Positions 1-8,015 of a stretch of 34,274 bases of DNA are shown in pieces (the stretch's first letter is position 1; each line of letters begins with the position of its first letter). The notes under the pieces are model-generated. The model ran no database searches, had not been told where the DNA came from, and was given only the letters and a program-made list of their open reading frames with translations. Source of the DNA: an uncultured Syntrophorhabdus sp. (GTDB taxonomy: Bacteria; Desulfobacterota; BSN033; UBA1163). The stretch is taken from the NCBI GenBank assembly GCA_964599175.1, contig CAZREE010000005.1:1-34274 (forward strand). Direction: 5' to 3'. The position numbers and the translations under genes were made by a program.

Positions 1-47
1 TACTGTCTCGAATTCCTCCAGGCCTACCGGGAGAAAAAGATTCTGGT

Positions 48-76
48 TTGACTTCTCTTTTGAAATCCTCTATATA
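48..76 (+). promoter_or_regulatory. candidate sigma-70 promoter for the RACo-like gene
   Basis: TTGACT (48-53), 17-nt spacer, TATATA (71-76). The ATG at 116 is preceded by AAGGA. Confidence 0.4.
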
Positions 77-115
77 CCTTCCTGTCTTCTATCAACCATA
101 AAAGGATCATCCGAC

Positions 116-2026
116 ATGGGAAATGTAAAAGTGATCTTTCAACCCTCTGGCAGGCAAGGAGAGATTGAAGAGGGAAAAACCATTCTCGAAGCCTCCCAGA
201 AATTAGCGGTAGGGATTGAATCCCTTTGCGGAGGGAAAAAGACATGTGGAAAATGCAAGGTCAGGGTATTAGAAGGGGAATTTTCCCCTTTCACAGATGA
301 GGAGCCCCAATTTATATCGGAATCAGAAAGACGGGAAGGGTATAGGCTGTCCTGTTCAGCCAAAATTAGAGAAGATGCCCTGATCTTCGTTCCTGAAGAA
401 AGTCTGATCCAAAGGCAGGTTATAAAAAAGCAGATAACCGGAAGACCGGTTGAACTCAAACCGGCCATCCTTCCTTATTTTGTAGAACTCCATCCCCCCT
501 CTTTCAACGATCTTTTAGGAGATTTCGACCGCCTCAAAAAAGCCCTCACTGAAAGATTTCATCTTCCTTCCCTCGAAATCGACTCCCCTGCCCTTCTGAA
601 ACTCCCTTTTACTCTCCGGGAAGACAACTGGAAAGTGACCGCCCTGGTATGGATGGATAAAAAGATCCTCGATGTCAAACCTGGAAGGATAAATGATATT
701 TTCGGTCTTGCAGTGGATATCGGAACAACGACCGTGGCCGCGTATCTCTGCAATTTGCGAAATGGAGAGATCGTGACGACCAAATCGATCATGAACCCTC
801 AGGTCGCTTATGGCGAGGATGTGATGTCGAGGATCAACTATACGATCATCCATCCGGATGGCCTCGAACGCTTGCATCGGTCGATTGTGGATGGACTGAA
901 CCGGCTAATAAAAGCCGCTGTTGAGGACGTCCACATCTCGCCGGAGGATATCCTCGAACTGGCCATCGTAGGCAATACGCTCATGCACCATCTTTTTCTT
1001 GGGATTGATCCTCGATATCTGGGGATAGCCCCTTTCCCTCCTGTTCTAAACCAACCCCTGGACATCAAGGCAATGGATTTGGGATTAAAGGTCCACCCCT
1101 CTGCCAATGTTCATCTTCTCCCCGTCGAAGCAGGGTTCGTGGGGCCGGACAATGTTGGCGTTCTGATCGCTGAGGATCCCCATCTGAGAGACGAAATCGT
1201 CCTTATTATAGATGTCGGAACCAACGGCGAACTTGTCATGGGCAATAGAAACCGACTCCTTTCTGCTTCCTGTGCCACAGGGCCGGCTTTCGAGGGAGCC
1301 CATATTCGGTTCGGGATGAGAGCAGCGCCAGGAGCCATAGAGCGAGTAAGGATCGATACCGATACCATGGAAGTGGATTTCAAAGTGATCGGAGAAGAGA
1401 ATTGGAAGTCAAATTCAAGAGATATAAAAGCAAAGGGGATCTGCGGGTCTGGGGTCATCGATGCGATTGCCGAACTATACCGGAGCGGAGTGGTCCACAA
1501 GAGTGGCGGCTTTAAAAGAGAATGTGCTTCTCCACGTATGATCATCTCTGATGGAAAACCGGAATTTGTAATCGCCTGGAAAGAAGAGACCTCCTTCGGC
1601 AAAGAAATTTCGATCACCCAGCAGGATATAAGAAATATCCAGCTGGCAAAAGCGGCTCTCTATGCAGGCGCAAAATTGATGATGAAAAAATTGGACATTG
1701 AGAGACCCGACCGGGTGATTCTCGCCGGCGCCTTTGGAAGTCACATCGATCCTGAAAAAGCAATGATCCTTGGAATGTTCCCTGACTGTGAGTTAAACGA
1801 TATTTCTGCGGTTGGCAACGCCGCTGGGGACGGCGCAAGAATGGCCCTCTTGAACATAGACAAAAGGCTGGAAGCGCAGGAAATAGCCCAAAAAGTCGAA
1901 TATATGGAACTCACGACCGAACCTGATTTCCAAAAGGAATTCATTGAGGCCATGCCAATTCCACACATGAAAGATCCCTTCCCCCATCTCAGGGGGATAA
2001 TCAGAGATGACATTCTGGATCAATAG
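116..2026 (+). CDS. 2Fe-2S ferredoxin / ASKHA-ATPase fusion, corrinoid reductive activator-like (RACo/AcsV type, DUF4445)
   Basis: 636-aa ORF. The N-terminus has a plant-type ferredoxin Cys pattern (SLCGGKKTCGKCKV ... LSCSA). Actin-fold phosphate motifs follow (LAVDIGTTTV, IIDVGTNGE, CGSGVIDA). Size and architecture match RACo-type activators as I recall them. Confidence 0.8.
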   Translation: MGNVKVIFQPSGRQGEIEEGKTILEASQKLAVGIESLCGGKKTCGKCKVRVLEGEFSPFTDEEPQFISESERREGYRLSCSAKIREDALIFVPEESLIQRQVIKKQITGRPVELKPAILPYFVELHPPSFNDLLGDFDRLKKALTERFHLPSLEIDSPALLKLPFTLREDNWKVTALVWMDKKILDVKPGRINDIFGLAVDIGTTTVAAYLCNLRNGEIVTTKSIMNPQVAYGEDVMSRINYTIIHPDGLERLHRSIVDGLNRLIKAAVEDVHISPEDILELAIVGNTLMHHLFLGIDPRYLGIAPFPPVLNQPLDIKAMDLGLKVHPSANVHLLPVEAGFVGPDNVGVLIAEDPHLRDEIVLIIDVGTNGELVMGNRNRLLSASCATGPAFEGAHIRFGMRAAPGAIERVRIDTDTMEVDFKVIGEENWKSNSRDIKAKGICGSGVIDAIAELYRSGVVHKSGGFKRECASPRMIISDGKPEFVIAWKEETSFGKEISITQQDIRNIQLAKAALYAGAKLMMKKLDIERPDRVILAGAFGSHIDPEKAMILGMFPDCELNDISAVGNAAGDGARMALLNIDKRLEAQEIAQKVEYMELTTEPDFQKEFIEAMPIPHMKDPFPHLRGIIRDDILDQ

Positions 2027-2103
2027 GCGTGCGGCCAGACAACCCTATATGGGTCTCCATTGGGTGACCCCGCCTCTTCACTATCTTCACATGATTCCCC
2101 TGA

Positions 2104-2298
2104 TCAATCTTTCACAAAGCGGAAGCAGTCGTCTCTGAAACAGCACTGAAATTGGTCGCAATAGTCGGAGGCCGTTCCAAAACAGTCAAAATTGCCTTCG
2201 GTCTTCTGAACCCTCCGGATTAACTCCTCTTTTTTTAATCCGAAAGTATTTTTGATGCCGAGGCTCTTCGCCTTCGCCCGGATCTCTTGCATCTTCAT
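2104..2298 (-). CDS. small (64 aa) Rho_N/SAP-like helix-hairpin protein with a Cys-rich C-terminus, function unknown
   Basis: AAGGAG lies 6 nt upstream of the ATG at 2298. The N-terminus MQEIRAKAKSLGIKNTFGLKKEELIRRVQ resembles Rho N-terminal/SAP motifs. The C-terminus carries 5 Cys (GNFDCFGTASDYCDQFQCCFRDDCF). Confidence 0.6.
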   Translation of the reverse strand: MKMQEIRAKAKSLGIKNTFGLKKEELIRRVQKTEGNFDCFGTASDYCDQFQCCFRDDCFRFVKD

Positions 2299-2392
2299 AT
2301 GGGACTCCTTGATTTATTGTTTGACTAATCCTTTTTTTTGTCAAGTAAATTTTGACTCTTTCGCCGGATAGCGTTATATCTGAGGAGAAGAT

Positions 2393-3652
2393 ATGAATCC
2401 CGTCATCATTCCAAGATCGGAGCATCCCATTTCAAGATCCATGATCAATGAGGAAGCCCTCAAGGTCCTCTACCGGCTTGATCGCCACGGGTTTTTAGCT
2501 TATCTTGTCGGAGGAAGCGTCCGGGATCTCCTCCTCGGAAAGACTCCAAAGGATTTTGATGTCGCCACCAATGCCCATCCCCATGAGATCCATTCCCTTT
2601 TTAAAAACAGCCGGATCATTGGCCGACGCTTTCGCTTAGCCCACGTCTTTTTCAAAGGAGGGAAAGTGGTCGAGGTGTCAACCTTCAGGAGCCATTCTGA
2701 ATTTGAGGAGATTCAAACGGAAGATGGGCAAACCGTTCGAACCGACAGCTTCGGCGCCCCCGAGGAGGATGCCCTGCGCCGGGATCTCACGATCAATGGC
2801 CTCTTTTATAATATCTCCGATTTCACCATCATAGATTATGTGGGAGGGATGGCTGATCTTGAACAGAAGATGATCCGGACCATCGGCGATCCGGATGAGA
2901 AGTTTACACAGGATCCTGTCCGGATGATCCGGGTCATCCGGCATGCCGCCCACACAGGATTTCATATCCAAGAGAGGACCTATCAAGCCCTTCTGACCCA
3001 CCGGGAAGAGATAAAAAAATGTTCATCCTCTCGCGTCAGGGATGAATTTCTTAGAGAATTGAAAGAAGGCGCCTCAGCCTCTTCCCTCAAAATGATGATC
3101 GAAACCGGACTGATCTTCTCGCTCTTTCCGGACCTCAGGAGGGCCCTGGGAGATGGCGCAATTTCTGTAAAGAAGAATCGGGAATACCTCCTCTCCCTCT
3201 TTGGCCTGATAGACCAATTGATGAAGATCGGCCGACCCGTCCCGGATTCGATTCTCCTGGCCTGTTTTATTTCTCCCTTCATCCGGGCGCTTCCCTCCGA
3301 GCATCCCTTTCTCGGGAAGAAAGAGCAGGCGCACTACCGCACGCAAACGATCCGTTGGGCAGTCCACCATCTTTTCAATCCTTTCTCGTTTCCAAAGGGG
3401 CCCAAGGAGGCCTCCATCCAAGTGCTGACGGCTCAATCGAATTTAAGGTATTCTCTTCAGAAAGGGATATTGCCCAAACGATTTCGGGCAAAGAAATATT
3501 TTAAGGAAGCCGTTCTCTTTTTCGGGCTCGAAGCAGAGGCAAAAGGGGAGAAAACGCCCCGGTTGATTCGCAATGCAGCGCCTTCTGACTTTTTACCCTG
3601 GTGGCCAAAGGAATTCAGGGGCAGAAGGAAGTTCAGACATCATAAACCCTGA
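2393..3652 (+). CDS. pcnB: poly(A) polymerase I (class II nucleotidyltransferase)
   Basis: GGSVRDLLLGKTPKDFDVAT nucleotidyltransferase motif, the PAP-type IGRRFRLAHV motif and a basic C-terminal tail. GAGGAG Shine-Dalgarno sequence upstream. Confidence 0.8.
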   Translation: MNPVIIPRSEHPISRSMINEEALKVLYRLDRHGFLAYLVGGSVRDLLLGKTPKDFDVATNAHPHEIHSLFKNSRIIGRRFRLAHVFFKGGKVVEVSTFRSHSEFEEIQTEDGQTVRTDSFGAPEEDALRRDLTINGLFYNISDFTIIDYVGGMADLEQKMIRTIGDPDEKFTQDPVRMIRVIRHAAHTGFHIQERTYQALLTHREEIKKCSSSRVRDEFLRELKEGASASSLKMMIETGLIFSLFPDLRRALGDGAISVKKNREYLLSLFGLIDQLMKIGRPVPDSILLACFISPFIRALPSEHPFLGKKEQAHYRTQTIRWAVHHLFNPFSFPKGPKEASIQVLTAQSNLRYSLQKGILPKRFRAKKYFKEAVLFFGLEAEAKGEKTPRLIRNAAPSDFLPWWPKEFRGRRKFRHHKP

Positions 3653-3677
3653 GTGGAGATAAGGTTCTTTAAAGCGT

Positions 3678-5021
3678 TTAATGTTTGCCTTCAAACTCCC
3701 TACGATCAAGGACCCGTTTTGCCTTGCCTTCGTATCGGGGCAATGACCCGGGCGGATGTAAAACCACCTCAATGCTCATCCCCAGACGTCCATAAACGCC
3801 CTGGCCAATTTTTTCCTCAATGGTCTTTCTCCGGTTCATATCCTGCCAGGCGTCGAATTGGACTTCGGAATGAACGGTCAGTTTATCCAGACTGTCTTTC
3901 GGTCGGTCGATCACAATCTGCCAGCCATCCCCGACCCCAGGAGTTGAATTGAGAATATCTTCAATCTGAGAGGGAAAGACCAGCGTGCTTCTGACTTTCA
4001 AGACGTCATCGGTTCGGCCTGTTATTTGTTGAATTCGAGGATGGGCCGCCCTTCCGCAAGGACATCCAAACGCATCCTTGGACAGCGCGGTTACATCACG
4101 CGTTCGCCAGCGGATCAATGGCGTGGCTTCCCGGGTAAGCGTGGTGACCACCAATTCCCCTTCCTCTCCAGGTTCAAGCCTCCTTCCGGTGACGGGGTCA
4201 ACCACTTCGACAAAATAGTGATCCGCCAGGATATGCATTTCGCAGGACAGTCGTGAAAATTGACAGCTGTGGCCGACGGTAGGACCTCCCAGCTCGGTGA
4301 TCCCGTATCCTTCATGCCATCCGAATCCTTCCGGCATAAGAGACTCAACCCGTCGTCTCAGGGCTGGAGCTGCAGGCTCGCCACCGATGTGGCTGGTCCG
4401 AAGTTTCCAGTCTTTTTTCGGGTCAATTCCGTTTTTTTCAGCCACATCAACCAAGTAACTTATGAAGGAAGGGGTCGTGGTGATGGCATGAAATCCAAGG
4501 TCCTTTAAATACTGTATTGCAGCCAACGTCCTTCCAGGACCGGCCGGGAAAATGACGGCGCCAATGGCCTCGGCCCCTGCATCCATTCCCGGCCCGCCCA
4601 TAAAAAGACCATAACCTGCGCATTGATAGATGAGATCGTGTCGTTGAAATCCCATGCCGATAAAGATCCGGCCCATCTGTTCCCGAAGGGTTTCTATCCA
4701 GTCCTTCCTGGTAAAGCCCACCAACGTCGGAACGCCTGTTGTTCCCGAAGAGGCGGCGAACCGGTGGATCCGGCCCAGAGGGACCCCCAGGATGCCATAG
4801 GGATATAAAGCCCTCAACTCCTTTTTCTCCGTAAAAGGAACAACGGCTAAATCATCAGTGGTCCGGATATGCTTTGGTTTGATGCCGTTTTTATCGAAGA
4901 GGTCCTGGTAATAAGGAATCTCCCGATAGCATCGATCCGCCAGGACGCGAAGCCGCTCATTCTGGATTTCACGGAGTTTCTGTGAGGAGATCGTATCGAA
5001 TTCATTAAAGAAGCTTGACAT
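3678..5021 (-). CDS. phenylacetate-CoA ligase family (PaaK / F390-synthetase-like) AMP-forming acyl-CoA ligase
   Basis: 447 aa. The N-terminus has the typical PaaK layout (LREIQNERLR..., YYQDLF, VVPFTEKKELR) and the ASSGTTGVPT adenylation motif. AAGGAGAG Shine-Dalgarno sequence. Sits 29 nt downstream of the B12 subunit gene. Confidence 0.8.
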   Translation of the reverse strand: MSSFFNEFDTISSQKLREIQNERLRVLADRCYREIPYYQDLFDKNGIKPKHIRTTDDLAVVPFTEKKELRALYPYGILGVPLGRIHRFAASSGTTGVPTLVGFTRKDWIETLREQMGRIFIGMGFQRHDLIYQCAGYGLFMGGPGMDAGAEAIGAVIFPAGPGRTLAAIQYLKDLGFHAITTTPSFISYLVDVAEKNGIDPKKDWKLRTSHIGGEPAAPALRRRVESLMPEGFGWHEGYGITELGGPTVGHSCQFSRLSCEMHILADHYFVEVVDPVTGRRLEPGEEGELVVTTLTREATPLIRWRTRDVTALSKDAFGCPCGRAAHPRIQQITGRTDDVLKVRSTLVFPSQIEDILNSTPGVGDGWQIVIDRPKDSLDKLTVHSEVQFDAWQDMNRRKTIEEKIGQGVYGRLGMSIEVVLHPPGSLPRYEGKAKRVLDRREFEGKH

Positions 5022-5050
5022 GCGACTCTCCTTTTCTCACAAGGATGTGG

Positions 5051-5446
5051 CTACTCCTTGATGAGCTCATTTATTTTTTGAAGGATCGTATCCCGCATTG
5101 TGCCGGGAGTAAAGATGGCGGAGACGCCCATCGCTTGCAATGCCTTGACATCGTCAGGAGGAACAACTCCGCCGACCATGAGTTTCTTATCCTCCAGACC
5201 ATTCCGGCCCAACAGGTCGAGCAACTTCCGGCAATAAAAGAGGTGCCCGCCGCCTAAAAAACTGCACCCGATCAGGTCTGCGTTCTCTTGAAGGACTGCC
5301 TTGACCATTCCTTCAGGAGTATTATAGAGCCCTAAATAAATCACCTCGAATCCGGCATCGGCCAGCCATTTTGATACGATCCGGATTCCATTGTCATGAC
5401 CATCCAGGCCGATCTTTCCGATGAGAACCCTTTTCTTATGTTTCAT
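5051..5446 (-). CDS. acyl-CoA mutase small subunit, cobalamin-binding domain
   Basis: 131 aa with DxHxxG (LDGHDNG), SxL (CSFLGGGH) and GG (MVGGVVPP) B12-binding motifs. AAGGAGGG Shine-Dalgarno sequence. Confidence 0.85.
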   Translation of the reverse strand: MKHKKRVLIGKIGLDGHDNGIRIVSKWLADAGFEVIYLGLYNTPEGMVKAVLQENADLIGCSFLGGGHLFYCRKLLDLLGRNGLEDKKLMVGGVVPPDDVKALQAMGVSAIFTPGTMRDTILQKINELIKE

Positions 5447-5466
5447 CTTCCCTCCTTAACTTTTAA

Positions 5467-5508
5467 CCCCTCCCTGCCTCCCCTTAAACTAAGGGGAGGT
5501 GTGGAGGG
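5467..5508. repeat. GC-rich intercistronic stem-loop between the mutase large and small subunit genes
   Basis: Left arm CCCCTCCCTGCCTCCCCTTA (5467-5486), loop AAC, right arm TAAGGGGAGGTGTGGAGGG (5490-5508). 16 of 19 positions pair, with a 3-nt internal mismatch. Confidence 0.6.
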
Positions 5509-5573
5509 CTTATGTCATTCATCGCGCCCCTGTTTTCATACCTCATTCATTCTTTTTCATAGATCTTTTGACA

Positions 5574-7211
5574 TTAAACATAGTGAACCTTAAAATCATA
5601 GGCCTCTCGCAGGGTGTCGCTGATTTCACCTAAAGTCGCCTGGTGATCTACGGTTTCAAGGATTACCTGAAAAAGGTTGTTGTTGGGATTTTTCTTCACC
5701 TGGTCATAAAGGTTTTTTAAAGCCCGCTGGACCCATTCCCTGTTTCTTGACCCTTTGTATTCTCTGATATATCGAATCCGTTTCTCCTGCATATCGGAGG
5801 CCTGCCGGAAGATGTCGATCTTGACCTCCTCATCCTCTTCTCGTTCCATGTTGACCCCGATCTGAATCAACTCTCCCTCTTCCAATTGACGGGCGTACTC
5901 ATATCGGGCCTCATTGATCTGATTCTCAATCCATTGGGATTTGAAACACTCCAGAAACCCTCCCTTCTTCTCGATGATCTCCATCAGGGCCAGAACACCC
6001 TCCTCAATCTCATTCGTCAATTTCTCAATCACATAAGAGCCTCCGAGGGGGTCCGCTGTGCGGCAGACGCCTGTTTCATAGGCGATCATCTGCTGTGTCC
6101 GAATGGCCAGCACCTGAGCCTCCTCTGTGGGAAGGGCATAGCCTTCGTCATAGGAGGTGGTATGGACCGACTGACTTCCTCCTAAGACAGCCGCCAGGGT
6201 TTGAATCGCAGAGCGCACAATATTATTCAAAGGTTGTTGAGCGGTCAGAGGCAATGAGGAGGTCTGAACAGCGATCCGGCACAGGCAGCTTCTTGGGTCC
6301 TTGGCGCCAAAGGTTTCTTTCATCAGGCGGGCCCATATGCGGCGCATGGCCCTCAGCTTGGCAATCTCCTCTAAAAAGTCTATATGGACGCTTGCAAAAA
6401 AAGCAATCCGCGGAGCAAACCGGTCAATCTCTATCCCCCTTGCCAAAAGGCGGCGGATATATTCCGATGCCAGACAGAAGGCAAAGGCAATCTCCTGAAC
6501 AGCATTGACCCCTGACTCTCTGATGTTGCGAGGATTGACATTGAGAATATTCCATTTCGGGCTGTGCTGGAGACAAAACTCCATCACATCGCAAGCAATT
6601 TTCATTGCAGGGTCGAGCGGAAAAAAATGGGTCCCCGACTGATATGTCGGGCCGACCAGTTGCGTAATGGCGCAGTTCATAATGGTTCCGATCAATTTGG
6701 AAGGGTCAACGTTCTGTTTTTTCGCAACCAGATAATACATCGCCATGATGGGGGCTGAATAGGGAGGATTCACGATCAGCGTCGTGCTCACTTTATCCAG
6801 AGGAATCTCATTAAAAAGTGTCTCCATATCTTCGAGGGTGGCCACAGAGGTCCCCACCAATCCTATATCCCCTTCAGCCAAAGGATGGTCAGGATCCAGA
6901 CCCAATTTGGTAGGGATATCCAGGTCGATGTTAAGCCCTGTCATCCCTTTCTTCAAAAGGAAATGAATGAGGCGGTTGCTCTCCAGAGGCGACCCGAATC
7001 CGCTCTGCTGTCTTCGGGTCCATAAACGGCCTCGATACATGTCCCGGTAAACCCCTCTGGTAAAGGGGAAGACGCCGGGGTCCGGCGGATCAAGAGGTGA
7101 ATCCTGACGGGTATAAAACTCCTTCATCTCAATGCCTGAAAGGGTCCTGAAATGGGGAAGTTTTTCGCCTTTTAGATAACGGTCGTATTCAATCTTATCT
7201 TTGCTTTTCAT
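5574..7211 (-). CDS. methylmalonyl-CoA-mutase-family acyl-CoA mutase, large (substrate-binding TIM barrel) subunit, divergent
   Basis: 545 aa with conserved family blocks (PFTRG, DLDIPT, FAPRIAFF, VQTSS, LNNIVRSAIQ, SVHTTSYDE). GAGGAG Shine-Dalgarno sequence. The start overlaps the tetR stop by 17 nt. Confidence 0.85.
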   Translation of the reverse strand: MKSKDKIEYDRYLKGEKLPHFRTLSGIEMKEFYTRQDSPLDPPDPGVFPFTRGVYRDMYRGRLWTRRQQSGFGSPLESNRLIHFLLKKGMTGLNIDLDIPTKLGLDPDHPLAEGDIGLVGTSVATLEDMETLFNEIPLDKVSTTLIVNPPYSAPIMAMYYLVAKKQNVDPSKLIGTIMNCAITQLVGPTYQSGTHFFPLDPAMKIACDVMEFCLQHSPKWNILNVNPRNIRESGVNAVQEIAFAFCLASEYIRRLLARGIEIDRFAPRIAFFASVHIDFLEEIAKLRAMRRIWARLMKETFGAKDPRSCLCRIAVQTSSLPLTAQQPLNNIVRSAIQTLAAVLGGSQSVHTTSYDEGYALPTEEAQVLAIRTQQMIAYETGVCRTADPLGGSYVIEKLTNEIEEGVLALMEIIEKKGGFLECFKSQWIENQINEARYEYARQLEEGELIQIGVNMEREEDEEVKIDIFRQASDMQEKRIRYIREYKGSRNREWVQRALKNLYDQVKKNPNNNLFQVILETVDHQATLGEISDTLREAYDFKVHYV

Positions 7212-7812
7212 CCTGTTCTCCTCTGACCTTTTCTATTTTTTCTCCATAGATCCCCTGAAATAAAAGAGTCGTTAACTGCCATGTTAATGCTCTGGGAGCG
7301 ACAGCTCCCTTTGGGTCATACCACTGATAAATCCAATTGACGAGCGCAAAGAAGGAGAAGGTCAGAATGTTCGGGTGAATGAATCGACATCCTGCCTCCC
7401 CGGATAAACGACGGATGACCTTTCGGCAGATTTCAAAATACCGGCGCTCCTGTTTCTTGATTATCGCCAAACGCCTCCCCCTCAGATACTCCCGCTCATG
7501 GAGAAGGCATTTCGCTTCATAATAATGGTTGACGTAAAGGTGGATATGGCGTTGAAGAATGAAGGCGATCTGCTCCCTCGGAGAGGACATGGATTCCAGA
7601 TCCTTCTCCAAATTGGATAACGTGAGGTCCATATAGTTGTTAAGGATGTTAAATAAAAGGTCCTCCTTGTTGCCAAAGTAATGATAGAGCCCCCCCAAGC
7701 TCATGCTCGTGGCCTTGGCAATATCCCTCATCGTCGTGTTTGCGAAACCCTTTTGATGGATGAGCTGCGAGGAGGTCTTGCAGATGTAATTGAATTTTTC
7801 GTCAAAGCCCAT
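7195..7812 (-). CDS. TetR/AcrR family transcriptional regulator
   Basis: HTH segment TTMRDIAKATSMSLGGLYHYFGNKEDLL. I prefer the ATG at 7812 over the ORF-track TTG at 7878, because that TTG is itself the TTGACA -35 box and the operator lies between the two. Neither start has a clear Shine-Dalgarno sequence. Confidence 0.75.
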   Translation of the reverse strand: MGFDEKFNYICKTSSQLIHQKGFANTTMRDIAKATSMSLGGLYHYFGNKEDLLFNILNNYMDLTLSNLEKDLESMSSPREQIAFILQRHIHLYVNHYYEAKCLLHEREYLRGRRLAIIKKQERRYFEICRKVIRRLSGEAGCRFIHPNILTFSFFALVNWIYQWYDPKGAVAPRALTWQLTTLLFQGIYGEKIEKVRGEQDEKQR

Positions 7813-7828
7813 TGGTCGTAAATTCAAA

Positions 7829-7842
7829 CGAACGTCCGTTCG
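7829..7842 (-). promoter_or_regulatory. candidate TetR operator (inverted repeat CGAACG-GA-CGTTCG)
   Basis: Inverted hexamers lie 7 nt downstream of the -10 box. The extended motif ACCGAACG(GACG)TTCGTTTGA recurs upstream of TRAP-1 at 11383-11399. Confidence 0.55.
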
Positions 7843-7849
7843 GTATGTT

Positions 7850-7878
7850 CTTCTAACAGTTTGCCCCCTTTTTGTCAA
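7850..7878 (-). promoter_or_regulatory. candidate sigma-70 promoter of the tetR-mutase-ligase unit
   Basis: Minus strand reads TTGACA (7878-7873), 17-nt spacer, TAGAAG (7855-7850). The TRAP-1 promoter uses the same hexamers. Confidence 0.5.
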
Positions 7879-8015
7879 GATGATTATTACGGCAGCAATC
7901 TACCGACATTGAGAGAAACCATGCCCGGAGTAAAGCCTCCATCGGGGATGAGGCCGTAGGAATAAGTTCGCTCGGATTCATTAACTCTGAAATGGAGTTT
8001 CATGGTGACTCCAGA

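Noticed and set aside
2352-2380. TTGACT-17-TATATC as the pcnB promoter
   Set aside because: The predicted TSS would fall within or after the GAGGAG Shine-Dalgarno sequence at 2383-2388, which is inconsistent with the clear SD-ATG arrangement. I kept it only as a weak possibility.
7879-8015. Cobalamin riboswitch or other riboswitch in leaders of the B12-related and TRAP units (also 11162-11408 and 14703-14883)
   Set aside because: I could not recognise a B12-box or other riboswitch core by eye. This cannot be excluded without a covariance-model scan such as Rfam/Infernal.
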